IMG/VR virus record: IMGVR_UViG_3300030419_007002
Coordinates: 40,347-104,346 of that record
Reading direction: 5' to 3' (one strand)
From: a virus
DNA length: 64,000 nucleotides
How positions within the stretch are numbered: position 1 is the first letter of the stretch; each line of letters begins with the position of its first letter. A program made the translations under genes and the position numbers. The notes under the pieces were generated by a model. The model saw only the letters and a list, made by a program, of their open reading frames with translations. It ran no database searches and was not told the origin of the DNA. Shown here in pieces: positions 48,001 through 59,300 of the stretch.

Positions 48001-49551
48001 TTTAGAGATGTGTCCTCCAATAATACCCCTAATGGAAATATATTTTATGAAATAAAAGATCATAAAGCTTCTCAAACGGAAGGAACTTATTTTTATATTT
48101 TTCCGTTCTCAACTCATGCCGTGGTTAATGGTGGACCAAGAAGGAATTTTGATATAGTTGTAGAAGCGCATGATGAATTTTATAATTCTTCTGCCGGAGG
48201 AAATGTAGAAAACGGAGATGGGAACTGGAGCAACAATCAAGGGTATGATATATTTAGAGTAACTGATCATAAAATACCTGCTCCAGTTTTGACAGATTGG
48301 AGCAGCACAAGCGAATGCACCAATACTACTTGGTGTACTGATGCAAATATAGAATTAAATGGTGATATAAGAGTTTTATTCACGAGGCTCAATCCGATAC
48401 ATAACGCGACCTCTAACCCCGGTGGATGGAGTTGTCTGGGAGGAGATATAGCTGGAGGCTATGTCTATGCTTGGCCAGAGAATGTAAACATAAACCCACA
48501 GACTCAAATCGCTGGAAAAACAATTTCCCAACTCCCATCTCAAGTAGAAGCTATGAGATTCCAAACTTCAGACAACCCTGTTTCAGTTACTCCTAAAAAT
48601 AGCAATATAAGATTAGCTAAAGAATTAAATGTATGTATGGGATTTTATGATAACTTTGGAAAAGCCAGATCCCTTACGGACTCTTCTTATAACGTAGAAG
48701 CAGATATAAATATATCCAATGATATAAAAATAACATTTAAAACAGACACTCTATATAGCTTAGTGGGTCAGGGAACAAACATATGGATCAGGATGAAGAA
48801 AAACGGAGACTGGATAGGAAGAGGGATAGTGTGTGTAGAAAAATTACCTCCGGATGGAGACGATGGTAGCGGGGCTATATATGGCGTTAATCAAGGTTTA
48901 TATGGGTTTAGAAGGTGGTCATGTGATTCACATGCTACATGGTATTTATCTCCATGGGGATCTCACGCTCTTATAACTTGGGCAGGCGGCGCCAATTATC
49001 CGGAGACACCAATTTGGAACTATTATTGTGGCTATGTTGAACCAAGGCTAGAAGGTGGCTTGTTAGAAAATAACAGTACCTTTACCAGCACTCAGATAAA
49101 TGCGGGGTTAGACTATAAAAGGTATAGAGTATATATAGCCACAGACTCCCTTCCCCCCGATGACAACTACGCCATAGTTGGTACAAATGCTAGAAATTCT
49201 GATTACAGAAGGCCAGATGACCCGATCGTAGGTTTTTTGAAAAATGCCTACGATAGCCCCGACCACGAAGATTCCTCTACTTGGATGAACCCCGATCCTG
49301 CTGGATCAACTTATGGCTGGGGGGAGGGTTATCCATTACTTCAGAGCAGCCCGGAATACGAACACCACCCAGCGGGCTTTGGGCAAGGCTTCGGGGGAAT
49401 GAAAAAAGAGAGAACATATTTTGACGTGCACATGGGTAGACTTATAGATGGAAGCTACCTAGATGAAGCGTACTTTAAGGTGGTAAGCAAGAGCTCAGCA
49501 CTTTCCGAAACGAATACTTGGGAAGATGCTAAGAATCTAGGAGATTGTTAA
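45061..49551 (+). CDS. Lambda gpJ-like central tail tip / host specificity protein
   Basis: LDLLSEGPIEGL, YPNSA, YTDNPAWIFYDL...RYGLG, IDKWTLY.IA.YCDE.V, EPRF.CN, AFGCTSRGQA.R.GRW. Confidence 0.93.
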   Translation: MAEAHEGVKVNGVKSYSVTRIDTLDLLSEGPIEGLVSGEHTFKSEEGKIGYTPDTSLGVSGYKYQSWGGGTLNPKGVLRSIYWNQMPIVDTQGLANFQDFTCVDTEGYPNGNLDSGGGSRPETTRTTAINERLRGPTIRDGKKTGAVFPKYYRILNPESDKAQVNIKLNSLFRIERDEPHEFGEQKDTSVQIAIYFKPIFSDGTAEGVSHYAPTEGAVKTIEGRVTHGFIRSYEITLQYKDSNGNDLTDNNNFLGWEIKIERLTGESETGDVRDITTVDSITEIYGLKFAYPNSAMVSSKFQGEYFSSIPERAFEAKGIKVKIPSNYDPIMKNYATPPTANEAVWNGLFKGEITAGDGNHELHYTDNPAWIFYDLITNRRYGLGKTVSPNLIDKWTLYEIARYCDEMVPDGFGGFEPRFVCNMYITTRAEAHKVVNDIASIFRGMVYYAGGSIFAVQDSPKEPVFQFTNANVEDGNFNYQNSSTKVRHTSAVIRYNDKTNFYRPAIEYVEDVDGIRKYGIRETEMSAFGCTSRGQASRLGRWLLFTENLETESVTFTAGLESTFLKPGDVFAVSDSNRNSNRRAGRLAATHVGTHSDGSVRTTLVFDSKKGDIDYTIDPNRIYKLSVLTPSYHYDPSMYDVTTSEDIPDIRRSQLQSCHFTGSQIVAGNTIYSTDYFNNDAIQLYTGFNTVDYKLDKDCIWMIEPEGTNYNVSDFEESFTTASKYRVVSINEVEPNKFSIAGVEYKDQKYSSVEKGISFDDTNVVFTPGHPGGITTVEHTPCQDCHTKIIRYTITHCSSNANHTCRKGLNTYYVYSKYAGNGSQAEKWKARDFLTRYSLSQLGAASEDSDITDDSFIPDAKYLIGTPAWNVQQGNHHGSFVPSQEGHYQFKAFAVNAHGTHSSRSANTSRHVDNVRPVEDVTINSLAFSEDTDTNAAGQVVADCAKKEPPNDPTNGLGFSWLAQIADGSSFSSSLSYRITFRDVSSNNTPNGNIFYEIKDHKASQTEGTYFYIFPFSTHAVVNGGPRRNFDIVVEAHDEFYNSSAGGNVENGDGNWSNNQGYDIFRVTDHKIPAPVLTDWSSTSECTNTTWCTDANIELNGDIRVLFTRLNPIHNATSNPGGWSCLGGDIAGGYVYAWPENVNINPQTQIAGKTISQLPSQVEAMRFQTSDNPVSVTPKNSNIRLAKELNVCMGFYDNFGKARSLTDSSYNVEADINISNDIKITFKTDTLYSLVGQGTNIWIRMKKNGDWIGRGIVCVEKLPPDGDDGSGAIYGVNQGLYGFRRWSCDSHATWYLSPWGSHALITWAGGANYPETPIWNYYCGYVEPRLEGGLLENNSTFTSTQINAGLDYKRYRVYIATDSLPPDDNYAIVGTNARNSDYRRPDDPIVGFLKNAYDSPDHEDSSTWMNPDPAGSTYGWGEGYPLLQSSPEYEHHPAGFGQGFGGMKKERTYFDVHMGRLIDGSYLDEAYFKVVSKSSALSETNTWEDAKNLGDC

Positions 49552-49552
49552 T

Positions 49553-50302
49553 ATGAATAATAATTTAATAATATTTTTAGAAAATGGAACTAAGAAAAAA
49601 TTATCTTTTCCGCTAAACGATAGCGAAGAAAAAGCTATAGAAAAGATGAATGAAATTTATGGTCACCTTAAAATAAAAAAATATTTTTACCTACCTCATG
49701 ATGAAAAATATTTAGATATAGAATCTTATTCTTTAGATAATTTTGAAAAGCTTAAAGTAGATGAAAGAATATCTATTATAAGAAATAAAATGTTACTTAT
49801 AAGAAGGAAAAGAGATTTGCTTCTTAAAGAGTTAGATTTGTCTTTCATGAGATCTTTAGAAGATGACTGTAAAATGTGTACAGAAAAAATAGTTGAATTA
49901 AAAAAATTCCTCAGAGATCTTCCGCAAAAATTAAGGTTTGACGAAATAGAAGATATAGAAGACTTAAAAGATTATAATCCGTTTAATAATATATTTGATA
50001 TACATGTGATACAACGGGGTAAAGAATATAAAACTCCTCCGAATATAAAAGTTTTACCTCCATCAGATCAATATTTTGGCTTCGAAGCGAAAGCTGTAGC
50101 CGAAATAGAAAATGGATCAATAAAAAACATTAAAGTTATTGACCCCGGTTGTGGATACGCCAGAAAACCAACGGTTATTATAGCCCCCCCGTTTGAAGGA
50201 GCTCCACCAAGCCATATCGGTGTTGCATCTGCTGGATTGCCACAAAATGCCACGGAAGACCTTAGAGGGATCGCTATGCTCTCTGATATTAAAATTGATT
50301 AG
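49553..50302 (+). CDS. Tail fibre assembly-like protein with C-terminal G.GY..P.V repeats
   Basis: IRRKRDLLLKELD...LRDLP chaperone-like motif; RGKEYKTPPNI and PGCGYARKPTVII. Confidence 0.55.
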   Translation: MNNNLIIFLENGTKKKLSFPLNDSEEKAIEKMNEIYGHLKIKKYFYLPHDEKYLDIESYSLDNFEKLKVDERISIIRNKMLLIRRKRDLLLKELDLSFMRSLEDDCKMCTEKIVELKKFLRDLPQKLRFDEIEDIEDLKDYNPFNNIFDIHVIQRGKEYKTPPNIKVLPPSDQYFGFEAKAVAEIENGSIKNIKVIDPGCGYARKPTVIIAPPFEGAPPSHIGVASAGLPQNATEDLRGIAMLSDIKID

Positions 50303-53300
50303 TATAAAAGACCACCCGGACGCTTCTCTTCTATAATGGTTCTTACTACAACCTGCTGCACTTTATCTGCTAGTGCTTTTCCTTGACCTTCTTGATCATT
50401 ACCGCCTTCAGTATTGGTTTGAGCATTTCCGGCTTCATCAATATTTATTGTGACACTAATATTGTTTGTCATTTCGCCAGCGCTTGGTCCACCTTCGCCT
50501 GTTCGTATTCCAGAATTATTGCCTACGTAACCGCCCTCTGCGAACTTCCAAACTTTGCCGCTATTCAATTTATTGAAAAACTCAAGGCCATATTTATCTA
50601 CTGCAGCCTTTTGCATTACGAACTCTCCATCAGTTAATAATGCTGCTATATCGTCCGTTTCCCCCGCTCTGGGAGAGCCCTTCGCGCGTTTGCCTATTTT
50701 CGGAGCCATGTATTGACCGAAGTAGCCTCTATTAACCGTACCCATCGGGCCAGTAGCACCAGAAGCGCTGAATCCCCACATGCCGCCTCTTGTATGTCTA
50801 GCCTGTATTTGTGAGCCACCCATTAGGCCTCTAGAATAATTTGGCATACCGCCAAGGTCTCCGCCCGGGCCAACCATTTTGTTATAGCTGCCTATATCAT
50901 TAGCTATAGAAGCTCTGGTTGCCGGATCCATAGCGTTATACAGGGGAGACCTAGGATTATTGATATCATGGTTCAATCTTTTTAGTTCTTTTGGAGATAG
51001 CTCTGCACCACTATTATATTTTTCTATTAATGTATTAGATCTTTTGGCTTGATAATTTTGTATTTGGTTAGCTAGACCCATAACGGCTAAAGACACACCC
51101 GCTTGTATAAACGCCCCTCTGGCCTGCCTCCTCTTTTGATCTTCAAAATCTTGAAGAGCTTGGGCTTTTTCTTTTTCAAAATCAGCTTTTTCTTTTATGT
51201 AATTTACAAGGTTTTCGTATCTTTCAAATTTTAATTCGTTCTGAGGGTTATCTGGATCGGTCAAAGCGAAAGCAGACATCCTAGGATCAACCTCGAAGTT
51301 TCCATGGGTTGGTCTTTTAGCATCATTATATACATATCTATTTATCATAGATGTTCCTTCTGGGGACTCAGTATAAACTGTCTTTCCAGTTTTTTCTGCC
51401 ATGCTCATCTCTTCAATATCTTTGTACTTAAGTAATCCACGGGCGGCGAATCCTTGCTTGTCATCGCCCATATGTACAAGGCCGCCAGTGTTCATCTTCA
51501 AAAATCTTCCGTTATTCAAAGACGCAAAGAACTCGGGGCCATAAGCATCTACCATACTTTTTCTTATGACGAATTCTCCAGCTTGGAGTCTAGCAGGAAC
51601 ATCATCCTTATACCCGCTACCCCCAGTAACCATGCCACCTTTTGCAAAGCCGGGGCCATATCCCATTGCTGCGCCCGCCATAGCGCCGAATAAACGCTGC
51701 ATAGCCATTTTCAACAGGCCACCTAGTATGTCTTTAGCTAAGTCTTTAAACAGATCTCTGAACGCGTCCTTGAGCTTCTTAGTGCCGAATATGGCTGCAT
51801 TTAAAGCGTCCGTTATGCCGTCCCTAAGATTAAGGGCTAGGGCATTTACCATGTTATCCAAATCATTGGTCATGTCTCTGTTATCGTATAACAGTGCGCT
51901 GCCGAAAGTTCTTCCTGCATTAGAAGCTCCATATCGTCCTTGCTGAATTGCTGTTTGATTTTCTGCAGCTATTCTGTTTCTAACGTCCTGAGTAGTACCT
52001 ATACCCATTCTGTATTGCTCTTCAGCTATCTCTCTCATAGCTGTTGCAATAACATGACTGTATGCTTGAGTTTTTTGTATTTCTGATAGCTTAGAATTAT
52101 TTAACTTTTCAGATGATTCAGCTAACTTTTTGTATAGTCTTATTTGCTCATCAACTGCTATGTTGGATTCTGCTATCGCAGTGCTAGCTTGCCACTGCAT
52201 ATCATTCAATTTGCTTTCAGCAGTAAATCCTTCCCCCCTAAAGGCGGGGCTAGTCATTGTCCGTGATGCGAAAGCTGCCCTTATCCCCTCGGCTGTCGTT
52301 AGTCTGTCTTTGCTCTTCTGAGTATTTAGCATCGTGCTTAACATGCCACCCCTAGTAGTTAAATCGCGCCTTAATGTTGCACCCAGCACAGGCGCCCGCT
52401 TAGCAAATTCTTTTGCAGCTTCTTTGTCCCCTTCTTTTGTGTTTCTATCAAGCACGTCTCCGGGAGGGGCATCTTCTGACATAGTGCCCTTATAGGCTCC
52501 GGCTAATTTCTTTATGAATTTGAACACTGGAGAATGCTCGAAGGTCCATGGTGCTTTGCTTGCGGCGCTTGCTTGTTCTTCTGAAATTTTCTTTCTAACT
52601 ACCGCCAATTTTGCTTCTAGAGCTTCTACAGTTTTAGTAAACTTCATGAAAGGGGACAGCTTCTCATTCCAAGTACTTTCGTCTATTAGGTCTCCGAAAT
52701 TCTCGTTAATAAGTTTATCCCAAGCTTCGTTGTTGCCCCGCCTAGGTAAGTCACCGAAGTGCTCGCTCTCTACTCTTGTTTTGGGGTCCGCTAACTGCAG
52801 GGTATGTATTGCTTTTGTGAGCCTTTGAGCTTCCGCTTGTAGCTTAGCTGTTCTTCTAAAATTTTGATTTGATAAGTTTTGAATTATTTTAACGGGGCTA
52901 TTTTGGCTCGCCTCGGCAGCATTAGCAGGAGTAGTTAGGTTTGCTCGCATTTGCGCCTGAGCCGCTTCCTTCTTTTCTACTTCTTCGGCAGCTTTACGAA
53001 CCGCCGCTTTTCTCTTTTCTTCAGCTTTGCTTGTCATACCTCCTGCAGACATAGGCAAAACTTCCGCTGCCAATGGGCCAAAGTTTTCATTGCCTCCTCC
53101 CACTCCTCTCATCTCCCGAAGTCTTTGTATTACCCCATCAATCATGGGATTAAGATTATCTACGGCAACGCCAAGATTATCAGCTACTTTACTCAAATCA
53201 TCGTCTTGCTTCTCCTGATTTTGAACCATTCTGTCCATTGATTCACCAACGTCGGGAGATCCATGCAGTCTACCATCTATAGATGATAACATGTCATAAG

Positions 53301-56300
53301 CCTCCCATATAGCATATTCCACATCTTGCACGGGTGCAACTAGATTACTTTGTGGCAAATTTTTAGGATCACCGTATTTTTTTTCAATTGCTTTTCTTAA
53401 TTTATTTTGATAATCCTCTATGCGCTCGCTTCCCATTTGGGGTCTGGGTAAGCCCCATTTATCTAGCTTTTTGAGAAATTCCAGAAACGCTTTGTTCTGC
53501 CTCTGGACTACCCTACTGTGCTCTTGTCTTTTCTGGTTATAGCTTGGGTTACCGCTCATAGGTGCATGTCCCGGGCCACCCTCATGGAAGCCATCCCTTA
53601 GGGCCTCTCCGGCGTAAAAATACCTAGGATGTTTACGCTTGCCACCCTTCATTTTGATTGCGCTACCGGCGTAGCTTCCATAATCTGGCTGATAAGGCAT
53701 AGTCCTTTCTGCCTCTCGTATAAGGTTGAATGCTTCCCATTTATTGGGGCCAGAGTATAAAGGTTTTTTTGGCTTTTTTGATTGAGGACCAAGAGCAGGA
53801 GATCCCGACAGGCCCGCACCACCCGGGCCGCCAGTGCCACCCGCCCCACCGCTAGGAGCAGGCATCGGCCCATAAGGCGCGGGGGGTACGAGGTTCGGTG
53901 CCCAAGGACCTTGAGGGTGAGCAGCTTTAGACCTAGCATGTATTTCTGCAGCCTCCTTCATTGCTTGGGCGGCCCTTTCCGCAGCTAAAGCTGCTGCTTC
54001 TTGTCTTAAAACGTTAGCCGTCCAGTCGTCTATCTTCATGGCCTCTTGTTGCTCCTTCGCTACCCGAGCCATTTCCTCTGCTGCTTCTTGTTTTTTTAAT
54101 TCTTTTTGTTCTGTGTCGAAAGCTTCATAATTTTTGTCTACATCGAACTGTTTTCTTATCCACTCTTTCAACTCTGGGCTAAACTGATCCATTCCCTGCG
54201 GGTGAAACCCTTGTTCATAGCCCATTCTTAAATTACTTTCTATAAGACTTCTTATAGCTTCAAAATCATCTAGTGTTGCGCCGCCCTCTTTGTCGGTATG
54301 GTGTTGATAATCTCTTCTAGACTGAGATAGATTCCCAAATATACCGGGGTTCATAGCGAGATCTCCCCCTTTGAGCGCGAACTGTTTTAATATTCTATCT
54401 GCAACTTCATCTATGTCAAATTTACCCCTTGCCATCTGCATCTCAGGCTTAACCTCTTTTGGCTCGGGCGTGGATAACAACGGTTTGCCGTCTGGACCCA
54501 TTTTTTCACTAGGAGGAACAACCCCTTTGACCGGCGGGGTTTCTGGGGCATCAGGTTTTGTCCTTGCTGATTCGGGTTTTCTTTGACTTGGGGTCATTCC
54601 GCCGCCCGGCTGAGCCATGCCTTGATTCGGGACAGATTGAGCGCCACGGGTTTTTACTTGCCTTATTATTTCTTTTACCGCGTCCCTAACTATCTTAAAT
54701 GTACTTTGTCCGGCAGCAGTTGTAGCGCCCATTAAATTACTTCCCATCGCGCTAAGCGACGGGGGAAGGGTGGGTTTACTAGTTCTTCCACCCTTCTGCT
54801 GCTGTGCTTGGCCCATGTTTTCGGGGCCCACCATTTCCGTTCCGGGTACGGCTCTTGCTCCGGTTCCCGGGACAACCGCTATTCCCGATCCCAAAGCGGC
54901 GCTTGCCATTTTGCTTATATTTTCAAATAAGCTGTTGTTTCCTTCGAGATATCTTCTAACTAGCTCTGCAGGGCTATCCTCCTTGAAAGTGGCCTCAAAC
55001 TGCATTGCAGCGCGTTTATAGGCCGTTTCTGGGTCCAAGGACGTTCCCAGACTTTGCATAAGGCGCATCTGATTTTCGGCATTTTTCTCAATCATTCTGC
55101 TTCTCATGTCCTCTGGAATGTCGCTCTCCCCATAGCCCAGAGTTTTGAGTTGTTTGGCCATAGCCAAATCTGTTTCTGCTCGCATTTGTTGTCCAATAGC
55201 GCTACCCTCTCCAAAGTGCTGGATCATATTTTGCTTGTCTTGAATGTTCATTACATTATTAAGACTGCTGCCTAATAGATTCGCTTCGAATCCTCCGCCC
55301 CAGTTTATGTTGCGTTGGATTTTTTGGACTTCCATTTGCTCACGCATCCGATCCCCAATGCTTTGCCTTTGTAAATCGTATGAGCGTTTGTTTAGTTCGA
55401 AATTAGCTTTTCCGTTTGTAGCTATTGATCTTAACTGCAAAAGAGTTTTTTGTCTTTGAGCTATTTCTTGTTGAAGCCGCTGACCCCCCTTTGAATAATC
55501 TGCGAATTGTCCGGTCGCAGCCTCTTCGCCAGAATAAATCTTGGCCATGTGTTTGGTTTCTGATTCTAGACTCGAAATAAATTCGTTTAATCTCCCTTGC
55601 CCGACTTCAAAAGAATGATTGAATCCTTCTGTTATGTGCTGCATGTTCCCTAAAGAGTCATAAGCTTTCTTTTCTCTTTCTGTTAGCTTTTCTCTTGAGA
55701 ATCCAGCTTGACCTAATCTACCATCCAGCTTTGCGAAGGTTCCCGCAAAGTCTTGCATAACCTTAGATACGCTTGTTGCAGAACCTATTCTTTCATCTAG
55801 GGCTGCCTCCTGTTGAGATCTATCTAATTCCCTTAATTGAATTTGCGCATCGAACTGAGTCATTGCCAGATCGTTTCCGAACATGCCAGCTTTTTTACTA
55901 GCAAAGCCTTCGAGCATAGAAGATCTTTCTCGCTCGTATTTTATAGCTTGCTTTAGGCCATTAATGTTTTGATTTGTTTGGTCGTTGAACGCCTGCATGG
56001 CAACTTGCATGTCATACATTCTATCAATGAAATTCATTGTGTTTGCTTTAAGTTGCTCTTGCCTTAAGTTCCACCTAGCTAATGCCTCTTTAAAATCCTC
56101 GACCTCCGATTTGCTATCTATGAGCCTCTTCTTGAGTCTTTCCATAGCTGCATATAAAATATTTGAACCGCCGCCATCTTCTCCGGCATCTGTTTGAAAT
56201 TTTTCTAAGTTGGCGACGATCTCTTTAATATGCTCTGAAGTAACGCCCACGCCCGTTGTCCCAGTTCCATCCTTGCCCGCTTGAAGTGTTCGTATTAAAT

Positions 56301-59300
56301 CATAAAACTCATTCGCCCACCTGCTTTGATCTTCTGATCCTCCGGCTTCGTCCCATTTACCGGCATCGGAAATCATCTTCATTGACGCCATTATGCCTGT
56401 CAGTTTTTTCTCAAATCTTATAAGCTGTTGCCCACTTAAGCCGCCCATTTCTCCCCAAATTGCCCGGCTCATTTCATTGCCCTGATCGTCGTGAGTTCTC
56501 CTAACTGGGGATTGCAAAATAGTATCAGCTATTAAATTAGCTTGGGTTCTTCCCTCTGCAGTTATGTCTGTTACGTTTTCCGGGTCCCCGCCGGATAAAA
56601 ACCTTGTCGGGACATAGGTTTCGTCTGATATAGCGTCAGAGCCCAATACTCTTTCTGCTATTACTCTGAGGTTATTTACGTCTGCTTTAGATTTGGCCAC
56701 TCTTTGCGCTCCGGCCGCCACCTGCTCTAGTTCCTTTGTATCTGCCCCGCCCCTTAATGCGTTTAAGAAATCTTTTTGGGTAGCTGGATCCATTCTGCCA
56801 ATGATATCAGCTTGTCTTTGTTCAAGGTTCCGCAGCGTATCTTCATTGGGTTTTTGAAAGCCCTGCATCATAGCGCTTATGTCAGAACTGGCTTTAAAAA
56901 ATTCACCAAACGTATCGCTCATTGATTGAAGATCTGAATTAGCTTGCTGTAGGGCATACTGAGCGCCCTGTATGTCGTCATTCCACCCAGCCATAACATT
57001 ATTGACTTCATAAAGCAGAGTTCCTATACCGGTTGCCCAACTCAAAACGCCCCCTCCTGCTGCAGCGCCAGTAAGCACTCTCGCTCCAATACCTCCCGCT
57101 CCTCTCGCCGCAATTGCGCCGGCAGTTCTACCGCCAAGCCCAGCGGCAGTTTTTCTAGCGGTTGCTCCTGCGGCCCAGCTGCCTCCTTGACCCATTAATC
57201 TTTGACCTACCGGACCATAGCCCATGCCCCTGCCTGCGCTAGCTAACTGTCTGGCCATTGCTCCTCGACTCATACCTTCCACGCTCTTTCCGCCGAGTGC
57301 GTTGGAAATTGCGCTTCTTGCTTGATCTTTTATTGCATCGCCCACAAAATGAGCCATAATGCCAGCCTGAAGAGAGGAGGATATAGCGCCAGCTATCTCG
57401 TCGCCCCTTCTAGCATTGATACTAGGAGGCCCTCCGCCGCCCCCTCTTGCGCCCGTAATTGACCCGACCATGCCCTGAACCATAGAGGGTAACATAAATG
57501 CGGCCATCATACCCACGCCACTACTCTCTGCCCCTGCTCTAATCATTCCTCCTCGCCACCCTGCGGCTTTTCCGGATCCGCCTGCCGCTGCGGTTGCTCT
57601 GGCCGTAGTAACTGCTCCGCCTCCCGTGCTTGTCGCTCCCCCGGCTGCTCCAGATAGCCTATCCAGAGCCCTACCTGTTGCTTTGGCTGCAGTTTTATTT
57701 TCTTTTGTTACTCTAGCTTGTTCTTTTAGTTGGGTAACTGTATTTTTTAATTCCCTATGGAAGGTTTTGACCGAGCTTTCGCTCATGTTTGCTGTAGTAC
57801 CGAACCTTCTAAAATTCTTATAAGCTTTATCTATAGCTTTTTCACCCTTGTCAACGGAGTTCAAAAGGTTATTAAAAGACTGGTTCATTCTTTCAAACGT
57901 TTTCGGATCAAATGAACTTACTCTCGTAGTAGCGTTTTGTCTCATCCATTTATGTAGTGGATCTTCAACAAAGTTGGGAATAAAGCCTGCGTATGCTTTG
58001 CCCTGCTTTTGAATATCGGATATAGTTTTACCTGTAGCCATATGGCTATCTATAGCTTTAGAAAGATTACCTTCAGTGCTATTGTAAACACCTATTCCTC
58101 CAGAGGCATAAAGTCTTTTATCAAAGCCAACTCTTACCTGACTTCCTGATACGCCGGGAGAGCCAGCTTCTCTTGCGACGGCTTCCGATAATGCTCCAGC
58201 AAAATTTGGAACGAACCCGGAAGAAAATGCCTTAAGGTTTCCTCTTGGTGCGGCGAACGCTTTCCCCTTGTTTGCATTAACGTTACCTGCTACGAGGTTT
58301 AGTTTTTCTTGTATAGTTGATCTTATTCCCGCAGTGCCCGTAAGCTTGCCCCTCATACTCTTTAGGGTTGCATCACTCCCCATTCCGGAAAGCTTAGAAT
58401 CTATATATTTATTACGAGAAATATGAACGCCTACTCCGCCCTTTCCTTCGTTGCCTATTAATGCATTTGTGACATCAGCATTGTTACCTAAAAATTGTTT
58501 AGGGCTATGATCCCATCTTCCACTACCAGCCATATCTTTTGACCATATAGCCGTGTTGATTGCTGCTTCAAATATTCTTCCTGCAAACTGGGGATAACCA
58601 GAAGTATCCTTTCTCACAAGCTTCATTATTTTTGACACGTTTGGAAAATCCTCTTTCCCAGAAGGCTTGAGCAATTTTTGGGATATTTGACGTACGGCTC
58701 CGCCGATAGGCTTTTTAATCATATCGTCGAATCGACTATTTTTACTGGGCTTTGATAGATCTCCCCGCTTAAGTGCTTGGGGTATATACTGTCTTATACC
58801 AGTAACGTTAACTAAGCTCTTTTTAGGCCCTACTGCCGACTCCATGTCTTTTGGTACTTTTATTCCGCCTTTTCTTAGGGCTTCGGCGGTAAAGCCCAAT
58901 CTTCCCATGGCTAAATCCTTAGAGGTTATAAGTGCCACACCGCCTAGAGATGCTGATGGTAAAGTTAAACTTCCTGCAACTGGTTTTTGTTTACCTTTAG
59001 GTGCGGTGAAGTTGGGGATGAACCCCTTTGATGCTTTATATGGATCATATCCATGCATCATTTCAAATGATTGTTTGTATCTATCTCCAGCCCAGCTGTC
59101 CCTTGGGGGAAGTATAGCGTCTTGGCCAAGACCTACGTCTTTCTTTTTTTCGTTTGAGTTATATACTACTTGACCTATCCCCTTTATGTGAGTCCTTCTT
59201 ATTTCTCCAGCCTCGTAACCATTCATTATAGCCCCGATCTGTTCCGCTCTTTCATCAGCCTTTTTGGCAAAATTTGGAATAAAACCCGAAGACTTTGACT

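Noticed and set aside
33612-49551. Diversity-generating retroelement or invertible tail fibre cassette
   Set aside because: No reverse transcriptase or invertase; the only clear repeat differs mostly at synonymous sites, not specifically at adenines
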